A DNA stretch of 63,941 nucleotides, the filler included, from Reticulomyxa filosa (taxonomy: Eukaryota; Protista; Foraminifera): the NCBI GenBank assembly GCA_000512085.1. It is 21 parts of 21 records of this genome, joined end to end, with 100 filler letters (N's around TTAATTAATTAA, not from the genome) between each part and the next. Parts side by side here need not be neighbours in the genome. Positions count along the whole stretch, not along the records: positions 19,289 to 23,512 come from ASPP01008501.1; positions 23,613 to 29,396 come from ASPP01009631.1; positions 29,497 to 39,193 come from ASPP01010516.1; 18 more parts are not named here. One strand, given 5' to 3'. This document shows positions 20,858-33,157 of the stretch, piece by piece. The translations under genes and the position numbers were made by a program. The first letter of the stretch is position 1. Every line of letters begins with the position of its first letter. A model generated the notes under the pieces. That model did not search any database. It was not told the DNA's origin and worked only from the letters and a program-made list of their open reading frames with translations.

Positions 20858-22250
20858 ATATTTGAGTATTATTTTATGAGATTTTTTTTGTCTGTGTTCA
20901 TATTCGTTTTTCGCCTTTCTTTTGGCTCTCGTTTTCTATGCTTTCTCAGGTTGTTGTTTGGTTGTTTTTGCGCTTTGTTTCCCCATCCCGTTTTCTGTGT
21001 TGTTGATATGTGCTGCAAATGAGACATTTTTTTGTTTGTTTTTTTTTTTGCAAGGCCATGGGGTTAACACAAACGACCAACATTTTCGTGTAAGAAAGCA
21101 CTAGTTGTCCTTTCGACTTTCAATTTTTCTAATTTGCCTCGAATTACCACAGAATATTGTGCGCCCATATTCGCTCAATTATTTCTCAAAAAAGTGGAAT
21201 AAACATTTGGCAAAGGCGAATACAATATATGTTATTTGTCGTGCATGACATGAAAAGTTGAAAATTTTGTCACTTTCAATGAGGATCAAGTAATATTGAC
21301 CACATTTTAAAATATGTTTATCTAACAAAATATTTTCTCAATGAAAACAAACATTTGACACTAATTTTTTACAGATTTGTTAGAATATTATTTCTTTTCA
21401 TTGCGTTTTGTTTTATTATGAATTTAATGCAAATACTGTACGTCAACGCCCTACTAAACGCTATAGAGTGAGACAGTACTTGAGTCTTTTTGTTACTAAA
21501 ACTTTTCCCTTTTTTTCTTCTACCAAAAAGTTTTTTGCTTCTTTATTTTCATTTTTACTTGTTTTTTGTGAATCATTTTCTTTTATTCACATCAATTAGA
21601 GCATTTGTCTGTAATGTCTTGTTGCCAAGCGGCATAGAGGAGACAATCTCCGAAAAGCCGCAGCAGTGCAACATGTGATCAAAGAACATAGACAAGTGCA
21701 ACAAATTCTTGTCAGTAAGTTTAGCTTTTTGTTTTTTCAATGAGTCCAAAATTATGCCACGATAACAACAAATACGTTATGTTGTTTATTGTTATACAAT
21801 TTCGAAAAGAAAATGCGATGGCAGAACATTGAACTCAGCTTTAATGTGTACATAATTTAACTGCTGTTGCAACAATTTTAAATTACTTACAAATCATATA
21901 GTTTTTTATTTTTCTTGCTTTGAATAGTGACGGCCAGAGTTGACAAATCTCTAAATCGAGTTTGTGATTATGAATTCTTGCCATGCTCAAATTATTTATA
22001 TTGTTAAAAAATTGTTTGCCAAAAGGGCTCATTTAAAATATTCTTTTTTAAGTTAAAAAAGAAACTTATATTTTTGAAAAATACTCTCTAAATGTTCAAA
22101 TATTATTTCTAACATTTTTTTGAGCTAAAAAATCTCACTTTTTGTTGAGTCTCGAATTAAATTTTTTAAGGAATTTCAAAACTAATTTAAGCGAATATAG
22201 CAAGCATTAAGTTGAAGCTTCTTTGAGCTTGTTACATATTGCCTGTTCAG

Positions 22251-23435
22251 CTACCAAAAAGAAAACAATCCAGTCGTTTTCGTGTCGTCATTTTTGTCAA
22301 GTTTGAAAAATGGTTTAGGACTAATTTTTTTAGTATCTTCTGCAGATACTCTAGTACCATAAATGGCAATTCTGCCACTTCCCCCTTCGGGATGACCTCC
22401 GTCGCATCGAATATTGCCTAGAACGTGTTGATGTTTGGTATAGTGAGAGCAAAGATCAATGAGTATGGAGCCTCCACTTCCGCCACCACCGAGGCCAGCA
22501 AAACCAAACTCTCCATTTGCTAATAAAGAACCGTTATTGACAAAATGTTGTTCAATGACAAGTTGAATCGAACCACCACCGAATCCTCCCTTACATAAAC
22601 TAGCACTATGATCCATTCCAGACCCACCTCCACTCCCACAAAAAATACTTGTTAACAAAGTTTCTTCTCCATAAATAAAACCACCATTTCCATGGCCTTT
22701 GGAGACATCTGATTCTCCTCCTATTGTCCCATATCCAGCCCCACCACCATGAAGTTCCCTAGACCAAATAAATGTAGAAGATGGCTGTGCACCTGCCCCA
22801 GGGCCAAAATCAGACGGATATCCCAGCTGCGAGCAATCAATAGAAGATGTGGAATGTTTGATCCACAAATGACTTGTTCTAATTTTGAGAATACCCAATT
22901 CATGTTCGTTCTTTAATTTGTTACAATCTACTGTCAATTTCAAATCTCGTCCAACTAAATAAATCCCAAATTTGAAGTGATTACATTCATTGTTTTTCAA
23001 TTTTATAGTTTTGTTATGTTCATTTACCAATAAGTAATCCACATTGTTTTGCAGCATTGGAAGAGCAAAGTACAAAAAGATATTATCCACCATATCTTCA
23101 CAGGTCCTTGTCAATTCATTCGCATTGAAGCGTTTCATTGACATTACATGCTCTTGTTTCTCTTCTTCGTGTTGTAATAGCAATTGAAATCTTGCCACAT
23201 TCAATCTATTTATTTCTTCATTTTCTTCTTCTTCTTCTTCTTCGTCTTCATTGTGACGAGTCTCATTTGCAGGTCGATACAATACATTTTGGATCAATTC
23301 ATTGTGTTTGTGAACGAGCGTGTCAACTTTCAATTGGCAGGTACGAATTTGTTCAGACTGTCGGTCTATTGACAACACCTGTGACGTTAATTCCTCATTT
23401 TGCCGGCTCACTAGTGTTTCAAGTTGCTTTATCAC
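22251..23435 (-). CDS. Coiled-coil plus glycine-rich repeat domain protein
   Basis: 394-aa ORF with HGGGAGYGTIGG, GSGGGSG, GGGGSGGSILI and GGSGRIAIY. Confidence 0.75.
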   Translation of the reverse strand: MIKQLETLVSRQNEELTSQVLSIDRQSEQIRTCQLKVDTLVHKHNELIQNVLYRPANETRHNEDEEEEEEENEEINRLNVARFQLLLQHEEEKQEHVMSMKRFNANELTRTCEDMVDNIFLYFALPMLQNNVDYLLVNEHNKTIKLKNNECNHFKFGIYLVGRDLKLTVDCNKLKNEHELGILKIRTSHLWIKHSTSSIDCSQLGYPSDFGPGAGAQPSSTFIWSRELHGGGAGYGTIGGESDVSKGHGNGGFIYGEETLLTSIFCGSGGGSGMDHSASLCKGGFGGGSIQLVIEQHFVNNGSLLANGEFGFAGLGGGGSGGSILIDLCSHYTKHQHVLGNIRCDGGHPEGGSGRIAIYGTRVSAEDTKKISPKPFFKLDKNDDTKTTGLFSFW

Positions 23436-23612
23436 TGTCGTATTTTTTGCATTTCCAATGTTAATTCACTTATGGTTTTGTCTTTTTCTTTTGTTTTCAA
23501 TTCCAATTCTTTNNNNNNNNNNNNNNNNNNNNNNNNNNNNNNNNNNNNNNNNNNNNTTAATTAATTAANNNNNNNNNNNNNNNNNNNNNNNNNNNNNNNN
23601 NNNNNNNNNNNN

Positions 23613-24504
23613 AAAACAACATTTAATCAAAATTTTTTTAAAAATATATACGAATCACTTAGTTTTTAAGTATTTACAATTTTTTCCAAAATTTTAATCT
23701 TTCACTTGATTTGGTAAGTTGACAATCGTGTTTTTCTCGTAGTCATGAAATTTGACAATCTTTTTTTAAAAATTTTTGATATTTTCCTTTGTTTTTTTTA
23801 TGTATTCGATATTGATTTTTGTCATTTTAATTATTTTTTGCCGAATATTGATTGACATTTTGCTATTTTTGTTAAAATATGAAAACAAGTCTGTTGTTTG
23901 GTGAAAGGTCTTGCTGTCGAAATAGTACGAAATTGCTCAAGATGATTGGATTTTCTAGCAAGATAATTCAACATGCAATAAATCGGAAAAAATTATGTAA
24001 TTGTTAAAACAAAAAAAATAAAAATAATGAATTTTACCAAATTCACCTGATTTAAATCCAATTGAAAATATTTAGTTGATAGTAAGTACAATGGTTCACA
24101 AAAAAGGACTATTTAATATAACTTAAGAACTTTGTAAACAATTCGAAACATAATGTGAAAAAATAGAAACAAACATTTGTGAAACTTTAATAAAGTCGAT
24201 GTCAAAGATAATACATAAAGTTAAAAAACCAAAGTAGATTTAACACGTTGGTAAACTTAAATTAAATTTTAAAAAACAAATATTATCATACTCAAGCAAC
24301 TACAAAAAATTTTTAAAGTAAATGAAGATTAAAATTTTTGAAAAAATTGTAAATACTTAATAAAAAACCAAAATGATATTTAAAGACTACATGATTTATA
24401 TATATTTTAAAAAAATTTTGATTAAATGTTGTTTTTTCATGGATAAACACAATAATCTATATAATGTGGCATTTTATGTTTCAGCTTTCTTTGTTATCCT
24501 ACTG
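23613..24504 (+). mobile_element. Decayed Tc1/mariner DNA transposon with long terminal inverted repeats
   Basis: Remnant SPDLNPIENI* motif at 24043-24075. The contig start aaaacaacatttaatcaaaattttttt is the reverse complement of about 24410-24436. The right end ...ttatcctACTG is followed by TA (24505-24506). Confidence 0.85.
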
Positions 24505-25769
24505 TATTATCAGGTAGCAATGATTGCTAGTCTACAAATTTAACTTTGCGTAGTATGTGATGCAGTGCAAAACATACAAACAAGGCAAAAACACTTATCT
24601 TACACTCACATTACAACACACATTTAATAGCACGAATTTCACAACACACAACACATTGAATGCTATGTTTAGTTTCTACTGTTGATTAGTAATCATTTGC
24701 TACTATTTTTTTAACAAAAAGACAAATGGTTTTTGAAAATAGCATAAACTAAAGTTGTGTTGAAACATGTGAAAACAAATTATTGACCAAAAAGGTACTC
24801 AAAAAGGTTTTGGTTCCGTTTTTAAATTTTTTTATCTGTAATATATTGGTTCAGCAACAAGTCTAAAAGAATCTAACCTGAATTGTACTAACAAACGAAC
24901 CTTACTTAATGATTTTGCATTTTCTCAGTTCAGCTTTTTTTTTGTGTAATAACAAAACAAACAAACTTATTAAGCCTTTAATTTTCTCCATTAATATCAT
25001 GAAAATTCAAGTAATAAACAGTCAAAATATTTCAACAATACAAGTCGACAATTCGTCCGCCATAGTTTGATCAAAAATTTCAGAAGTATTGAATTTACAA
25101 AAATAATTTTAACTTTTTTTACAACATTATCATGTTTCTAGCGATGTGTTATCTGTTTACATTCAGTTATTATTTTACTTTCATTTGTTCAATTATTCCT
25201 TTTTACTTTACTTGGTAAATCCTATTTTTTAAGTTATCGCATCCCTTGTTTTCGGAAGCTTTTTGATATTATCTATGATTGTTAAAGTATGATCATTTTT
25301 AATATTTGATGTTCATTAATAATTCTGATTCTTGGTTGTTCTTTTTGATTAGGTAACCTGTCCGTAGACGTGGCTCTGAAAACAGGAATTTCCTAAGGAT
25401 TTTCATAATTGATCTTTGATTTAGTAATGAAATAAACCAAGAAATAGTTGAGTTTTTTTCTAGCCAAAGACATATTTCTTTGGACATTTAAAACGTTCAT
25501 TTGTCCGAAAAGTAATCAAGCAAATGAACGAGCAAATCCCCTTGCAAGAAGTTCATCTTGACTCTTGAAAAAAAGGAAAAACAAGCTCATTTTTAAAACC
25601 CGATCCAACATCAAGTAAAAAAAGAAAGTGTTTGTATTTCAATCCTCTTCACTGTCTTTGTGAAAGACGACTCTTTACATCCAGGAGGGAAAAGAATCAT
25701 ACACGCAAGCAAATCAGAATAAAACATAAAAAAAAAACTCTGTAAATCTGCAAAATGTTGGCACAATGA

Positions 25770-26417
25770 TTACTCCAATGGACTAACAACAAGTTTTAAA
25801 GCGGTGTAATTTGACTTTTCTCCTCCCTCCTCACCCAACTTCCAGTAGTCATCCCCGACAACTCGTTTAACAGGCAGACGTGTAACGCCTTCATCACCAC
25901 TTTTCTTGTAAACAATTTCTACTTGACACTGAAAAAAAAAATTTGCTTCCACTTCAAAGACTTTTTTGCAACCAGGACATCTTACTATTTCGTCTATGTG
26001 TTCATCGTCGCTCGGATCAATTTTTCCAAATCCTCGATGAAACATCACATTTTGTTCGTGTGCTTTGCATTCTTTGTTGCGACATTTTCCACCATAGTTC
26101 AGCCCCTTGTCCAAATACCAATAAAGGAGATTGTTTTTTCCTGTTTTCTTTGTCTCGCTTTTGCTCACATCTGGCGCTTTGAACATGCGGCCTCGAGTTG
26201 CGACTTTTAGGATTATCGTAGCGCCGTCTGTTATCCCATAATCTGACAGGGCTTTGCCACATTGCAATTCTCGTTCTTTAAAAAATAAAACTGATTCTTC
26301 CTTGGCTGATCCGTTCTCATCGCACGCCACTTCTACCAACTTGTCCACATTAGCTGTTTCGCTCACCTCCACTCTCAATTTTTTGCCTGTTTCGGTCTCA
26401 ATAATGAGATGCAACAT
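25770..26417 (-). CDS. Ubiquitin-like domain fused to a Cys-rich domain
   Basis: N-terminal Ubl (LFFKERELQCGKALSDYGITDGATIIL), then GLNYGGKCRNKECKAH..GFG..RCPGC..FFQC. Intronless. Confidence 0.8.
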   Translation of the reverse strand: MLHLIIETETGKKLRVEVSETANVDKLVEVACDENGSAKEESVLFFKERELQCGKALSDYGITDGATIILKVATRGRMFKAPDVSKSETKKTGKNNLLYWYLDKGLNYGGKCRNKECKAHEQNVMFHRGFGKIDPSDDEHIDEIVRCPGCKKVFEVEANFFFQCQVEIVYKKSGDEGVTRLPVKRVVGDDYWKLGEEGGEKSNYTALKLVVSPLE

Positions 26418-26779
26418 TATTTCCTTGTGGAATTATGTCAAATTAATATACAGACAATGAACGCCAATTTAAAGAGGCAAAACGCACTAGTAAAGATTTT
26501 TCCCGTGCAAACTTATGCATGGTCGTGACATATTTTTCCTAAAATTGTATTCAATTTTACGGTCTCTAAAATGTGTGTCCTTTGCATCTAAACAAAGATG
26601 CTACAAACTTAGCATGATTTTTATCCAAAATTTTGTTTATTTGTCGATTAGTCATTGACTCCAGTTTTATAATTACTCCAGAATCTCTTGGAAAAAGGGT
26701 TAATTTTTTTGTTCTCAAGCTCATAGTTTGAATTAATATAGACATATTAATTTAAAATTAGACTTATTGTTATTAGATA

Positions 26780-28602
26780 CTAACAGTTTTTATGATAATG
26801 AAAACGAAGGAGAGTTTTGATTCGTTGACAACGACAACGCTCATGTGAAGGAAATGCAGGATCTATCCAATCGTTGTGAAAAGAGTTGTCCAAGCTCATA
26901 GTTTTATTTTTGCAATGTTTAGTTTGCTGCTTCCAGCGTTTATTTTTTTGGAGTGAATACATGTTAAACCACACAAAGAATATTTTTCTTTTTTTAGTGT
27001 GCAATTTTTGAACCTTTTGAATTTTAAGTTTGTTCAATTTTTTGTAGCGCTCACGCCAAAGTGTGAAGTGTTTTCCCTGAACTCGAGTGGCCCAATAAAA
27101 CAAGACCATCCGATGTCTTTCTCTTTCGTCGAAAGAGAGCATCCATTGCCAAAAACTTTTATGCAAGATACGCTGTTCAAGAAACAAGTACTTTTGTCGT
27201 GTTTAGTCCCTAAACCTTAAAAAAAAGTTACTTTTAAGTGTAGCTGTTGCACTTTGCAACAGACAATCATTCTTTTGTTCGAAATACGTGCTTTGTTATT
27301 CCAGTTGTCAACAACATTTTTTAGAGCTTCTTGATCAAATTCTTTCAAAATTTTAACAATCTGTTGAAAGAGAAACCACAGAACATCTAATTCTCTTAAA
27401 AAAAAAATTATAAAATACCTTTGAAGCAGCAACAGTCTTTTCATTGCTCATTATCCTCCACGTACTAAAAATAACCAAGAGGACAGCGCTGCGATATTTT
27501 CTTGTCATTTTATTTTGCAAACAAAAACAACGATGAGAAGGCAACGAAATTGTAAGCCATCTGCTCAGCGCAATGATTTTGAGAAACGTGTGAAGACACC
27601 GTTGATCATTTGAAAAGGTTAGCATTCTTCTCATACAATTAAATCACAAACTGAAACAATTGCGACCTAAAAAAATGTATGAAATCTGTCATATAATTTT
27701 TTTTGCTCAACTTCACTTTATCTTTTTCAGCTAAGATCCGCCTCTTCCATCGTTTGAAATAAATTTGTTTACAAAATTTTCTTATTGTAATCCAATATTT
27801 TTTCCAAATTAAAAAATACTTTTTTAATTGTTGTTCTGTCCAAAATATTTGCCGTGCCTGTCGCATTAATATAACAACTCTTTTCCATTCTTTCCAAGCT
27901 TTTGTTATTGAATGATTAAAATGAAATTGTACTGCTTTGTTGAGATTTACTTGATAAACTTTGAACTCTTTCTTTTGATTTTCTGCTATTTGTCTTAAAA
28001 TTATGGGAATTACTCAAAACAAACATCATTTCAACACAATGTCTTTTTTTTGTTACTCAAAAAAGGTAGCAATTTGTAATACGAAAGTTCAATTACTGTT
28101 GTGATTGATTGAATTGCTCGAATTGATCCAAATCACTTTTCATTGCGAGTAATGCTTCTTGAGAACTTTTGAATATGTTGTTTGTCCATTTATCATTGTC
28201 AATTATCTTTTGACAAGAGTTCGAGTGTCCAAGATATAGAGTAGGTTCTTGTTCAGTTATTGAAGGACATTGTAAGCCTATATCTAGATTGATTCTATGT
28301 TGATTATTCTTTCGAATTAATTCTTCATTAAATTCACAACTTTGAGATGTATTAGTGTTCATAAATGATTGTATCCTTTTTGTATAGCTCGAAGAAGTTG
28401 CTTCCAAGCCCTGATCATCAGTACTTTCCACATGCTTCACTTTCTTAGAAGTTTTTCTATACTCTTGTTGTTGCAAAAACTCCTTGTTGGCATTATCAAA
28501 GGAAGCAAGGGCTTGTTCCAATTCATTGCTTATATTTTCTCTTGTGTTTTTATACTTTTGTAATGTGTCTAAAAAATGTAAAGTACTGTTTTCAGGATCC
28601 AT
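26780..28602 (-). CDS. Sfi1-like centrin-binding repeat protein (multi-exon)
   Basis: Recurrent LxxxFxxW motifs (LKKYFLIWKKYW, YFKRWKRR, IFSTWR, LHKSFWQW, KHFTLWRE, IFFVWF) after a coiled-coil N-terminus. Confidence 0.6.
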
Positions 28603-28933
28603 AGCCGTCTTGTTATCTTGAGAGGACAACAAGCAAAAAAAGAAAAAGGCTTCAAAACTGACATTGACGTCATTAATAATCTTTCTCACCATATGCTTGT
28701 ACATTATATTAGATAATCTTTACATTGGTGTCACTTTTTTTTTTTTGAAAAGAAATTAAAATTTGCTTTAGTTTGCTGATAAAAATGAAAAAGGTTTAAA
28801 TTGCCTTGCAAAAGAGTAAAACATTGCAGAATGTTTTCAATTTGAAAAGAGTGCGAAAATATAAAGTTATGAAGAAACGAACAAGTTTTTTTTGCATTTC
28901 TGGCAAAAGAAAATGTTTGTGACGTGATTTAAT

Positions 28934-29396
28934 TTATTTTTGAGGAAAGCAGATATCTTCAACTGCCTTTGTGACATCAATGTCAGAATCATGTAACAAA
29001 TCGTCAAAGATCTTTCGTTTGTTTAATTTAGAAGTTTTAAAAGTGATGTCTTGGGCTAATTTGGCTTGATCGCTTTCACTCAATTTATTTATGTCCGAAA
29101 AAATGCCCTCTAATTTCGCTTTGGCTTCTTGGTATGTCTTCAATATGGCCTTCATTTTATTGGCATCTGCGACGTTGTTATTGTCTAATGGCTGTGAGTG
29201 GATAGGATCGTTTTTTTCGTCATTCTTTTTCGATGATTTATTATTTCTAACAGAGACATTGTCATTTTCTTTTTGTTTTTGTTTTTGTTTTTGTTTTTCC
29301 TTTTCTTTTTCTCTTTCTTTTTCTCTTTCCCTTTCTCTTTCTCTGTCTCTTTCTCTTTCCCTTTCTCTTTCTCTGTCTCTTTCTTTTTCTCTTTCT
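28934..29396 (-). CDS. KE-rich low-complexity protein C-terminus (partial)
   Basis: An open frame from the contig edge encodes (KE/RE)n via a CT-rich microsatellite, ending in ...DICFPQK*. Confidence 0.5.
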
Positions 29397-29549
29397 NNNN
29401 NNNNNNNNNNNNNNNNNNNNNNNNNNNNNNNNNNNNNNNNTTAATTAATTAANNNNNNNNNNNNNNNNNNNNNNNNNNNNNNNNNNNNNNNNNNNNATAT
29501 ATATACATGTATATGCATTATATAAATATATATCCAACTTTCTTTGTGT

Positions 29550-30889
29550 ATTTCTCTACGGCCAATTGCATGTACCCTTGTCGATTCAGGCAATGACTTC
29601 AAGGTCAGATCTTTTGCGCGTTTATTTGTTTAGCTATCTTATTATTACCCTCTTTTTTTTTTAAAAAAAAATTTTTTTATTTTACAAAAAAAAAAAAATG
29701 ATGTTAGCAGTTTGACAATTAATACTTGCTTATACCAATAGGTGCGTTGCTCTCATACATTTCATTGGAATGACCGGCCTCCAATTCCAACGGCTCAGGG
29801 ATTTTGGAAATGATGTGGGATCGTAGACGCGGCGACGAAAAGACCACAAAAGTATTCACCATGCTTAATGTCATTTGTGCATTGTGACAGAGTGAACACA
29901 CTCCGTGTGTAGAATTCGAAAAAAAAAAATAAAAAATAAAAAAAATAAAAAATTGTACACACCTTTGCAATTGATGCAATTGCGATTGTAAGTTGTGAAT
30001 TTGTTTTTGCAATATCTCGATTTGCTTATCTTTTCTACGAATGTATGGCTATTCATTGTATTTTCCTTTTTTTTTTTGTTTTGTTTTGTCGAACCTCACA
30101 AGTTCAAATTTGGGGGAAAAAAAAAAATCAAACAAAAAAAGGAAATGGAAATTTGTGCAATCGCACCTGCATTAATTCGAAAACGCATGTTTTCAAATGT
30201 TCATTCACCGAAGTCGGGACCCCTTCGTATTTGCATCCCTATTTTTTTGTTATTATTTTAAAAATTAAAAAAAAAAAAAAAAAACAAACAAACAAACAAA
30301 TAAATAAATAAAGAAATAAAATTTTTAAAAAAACTTGTTTCCAATGAGGACATCCTCGGATTCTTCTTGGCTCTTTTATCGTTTGCTGCGTGTCAGTCTC
30401 CGCGTTGTTCATTTGGTCACATTGCTTCTCATCGATAAACATCTCTGGATATTCGTCTCCATACACCTGTGCCAACTTTGCTATCTTTTTTTCTCTCCTT
30501 CTTCTTCTCTCTTCTTCTATTTGTGCCTGCATTTGCGCATGTGCTTGCATTTTCGCTTCTGCTTCTTTTTTATCATTGTCTTTTTCTTGCTCGGTCTCTG
30601 CTGTCTCTGTCCCGTTTAGTTCACTACTCTTTTGCTCACTTTCGTCGCTATTGCTACTCTTTTGTGGCTCTTCTGTCACCGTTTCATTGTCTTTGTTTAA
30701 TTGAAATAGATCGAATACATCTGCTGGAAGATTCGGGTTTGGTAACTCGGTACTTCTTTCTTCCTTCTTCGCTTCCGAGGGAGGCGTGATCTTACTCAAA
30801 TCATTTATTACTTCTACTTCCGCTTTCTTGGGAATAAGAACTACTGGATATGAACGATAATCAAATGGATCTGAAGAAGATGGGGTCAT
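29550..30889 (-). CDS. TRAF-type zinc finger plus coiled-coil protein (multi-exon)
   Basis: Splicing gives RGCPHWKQ/GCKYEGVPTSVNEHLKTCVFELMQ/PYIRRKDKQIEILQKQIHNLQSQL. Confidence 0.65.
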
Positions 30890-31363
30890 GTTCGAATCTT
30901 CTTGGTGAATAGTTTGTGTATGTTTTTTTGTTGTTGTTAAGTCTACGTTTTCCCCTTCGTCGCATCACAAAACTTATATTAAAAGAAAAAAAAAAGTGGG
31001 AAAAACAATTCAACCAAAACCCCACTTGTAAAATAAGATTTTGTATATATTTATTATTTTATTATTTATTTTTGAACAATTAAAATTTCTACTCTTTGTT
31101 CTTTGCTCATCAAAAAACAAGAAAAAACTTAGACGAGAAAATCCATGTAACAAACAAAGAAAAAAACAACAATGGACAAAAAGAACTAAGGCGGTAAAAT
31201 CTCTTGAGTTGAGAATTTGGTATTCATTTCAAGGAGTTCATGGTCTTGGTAAGACAAAACGACTTGTTCCATCAATACACTTTCACTTCTGTTTTCTCTT
31301 TCGCAGGTGTCTATGAAAAGCCAATTTTTTTTTTTTAAAAAAAACGGAGTGCTATAAGATATA

Positions 31364-32735
31364 TTATATACATGTATATAAATACATATATATGTATATA
31401 TATGTATGTATATATATATATTTGCACATAAACGTGTGTATGTACATACCTTTGTGATCCAAAGTGATACTAGTGGCATAAGAATGCCGTGGTTGATTGA
31501 GCAAAGAAATGGGAGCAGGGATATTAGAGGAGTGAAAATGTTCGAGCCATTCTTTGGAAAGAAAGCAAAGCAGCAAGCGAGATTTGGAAAAGCAAAGGAA
31601 CGAGCGGGATTTGGAAAAGCAAAACGAGCAGCACAATAATTTGTACAGACAAAACAAAGCAAAATAGATAAGGACTAGAACGAGCAAGAAGAAAGTGGGT
31701 AAAAGCAACAAGAGATCGACAACGAAGGCCATTTGCACATCATTGTCTTTGAAATTGGGACGTTGCAGCAAGAGTGAAGGGGGTTGTTTGATGAAGGGAA
31801 TTCGATCGGAAAAAGCAAGAAGAAGGACGACAATTGGAACGTGAACAAAGAACACCAACCAAAGGGACACAAACCAATAAAACTTTTTTCCCACGGTAAA
31901 ATTTGCCGACGAGGCAAAATTATTTCTTCATAATGATGTGTGAACAACGTCAACTCGCTATTGAGAAAGCTTTTTTTATGTTTGGATGTCTTTGATCGAG
32001 GTCTGGTCTTCCATTTCTTCGTGCTATATCCTCCAAGACGACTGTTGTGCTTGCTGGCGGCGATCGTGGACAGAGTGGTGGCCTCGGTCGTCTTTGGGTA
32101 ATGTGCCAATGGGGTCATGTCGTGACAATGGACGTAATCGAAACGACTCACTTGTTGCTCTTGCTCCAACTCTGTCGATGGGGGGTTGCAACATAAGGTC
32201 AATGTCTTTAGACACAGCAACACGATCAATATCCACGAACTTATCACCAACGTCCAATACCAACTCCCTGCGTCACGCTGCAACTGCATCATGCTTACCA
32301 ACATATCGATAGCCAACATTTGTGATAACACATATTGTAAACATACGTTGTATGGAAATGATCCCAAAATCAGTGACGTTTTTATAAAGTCCATCAAATG
32401 CACCACAATCACTAGGAACGGAAATGGATGTTCAACGATATCCCCAAGTCCGTTATCACCAATGCCATTACCATACTTGGCAACGACAAAAACAACAACT
32501 GCGACACTCTTGATCGCGCTGAAAGGTACGTGCCGTAACACAACATGTTAAACCAGGTGGCCACGTAAAATATCGTCTTTATGCAAAATATTATACTGTA
32601 CATTACTGAAATCCTGCTCTTATACGATGTCTTGCCATCTGACATTTCAGGAAGTGCCAAGATCATCAGCAGATTGGAAACCCAATCAACCACACGCCAA
32701 AGAGCGCGAATCACATGTTGATTGTGTCCGCACAT
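31364..32735 (-). CDS. Hypothetical multi-pass membrane protein (apparent frameshifts)
   Basis: Overlapping ORFs 32412-32735, 31675-32541 and 31364-31894 each contain hydrophobic helices. GC content is coding-like. Confidence 0.4.
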
Positions 32736-33157
32736 TTTTGCACTGCTTTATGGGAAGGGGGAAAACAAAACTATTTCTCAGACGAAAAAGCTGTGGTTTA
32801 CAAAAGACTAATCTGCCTTATTTCGAAAAAAAAAAAAAGTAATAATAGTATTTCTTGAGAAGTCATATCTTTATTCGCATTAAATCTCATCTTCACAACA
32901 CGCAAAAAATAAAAATTTCAAATAGATTGACTTTAAAATGAACAGGAACATAAATTATGTCGACATGATCTCAAGACAATGGATTAAAACAGGAAAATAG
33001 TAAATTTTTTGGGTCATGTTGTTAAGAGCAAACCCAATGAAAGTCTTCAATTAAAGAAGATTTTTTTAAAAAAAGAAAATAACGTCGTAGCCCCTTGTCT
33101 GATCTTTGAGAAGCATTTGAAACGAACTTTGTTGATTTTTTTTTTTGAGAAGCAGAA

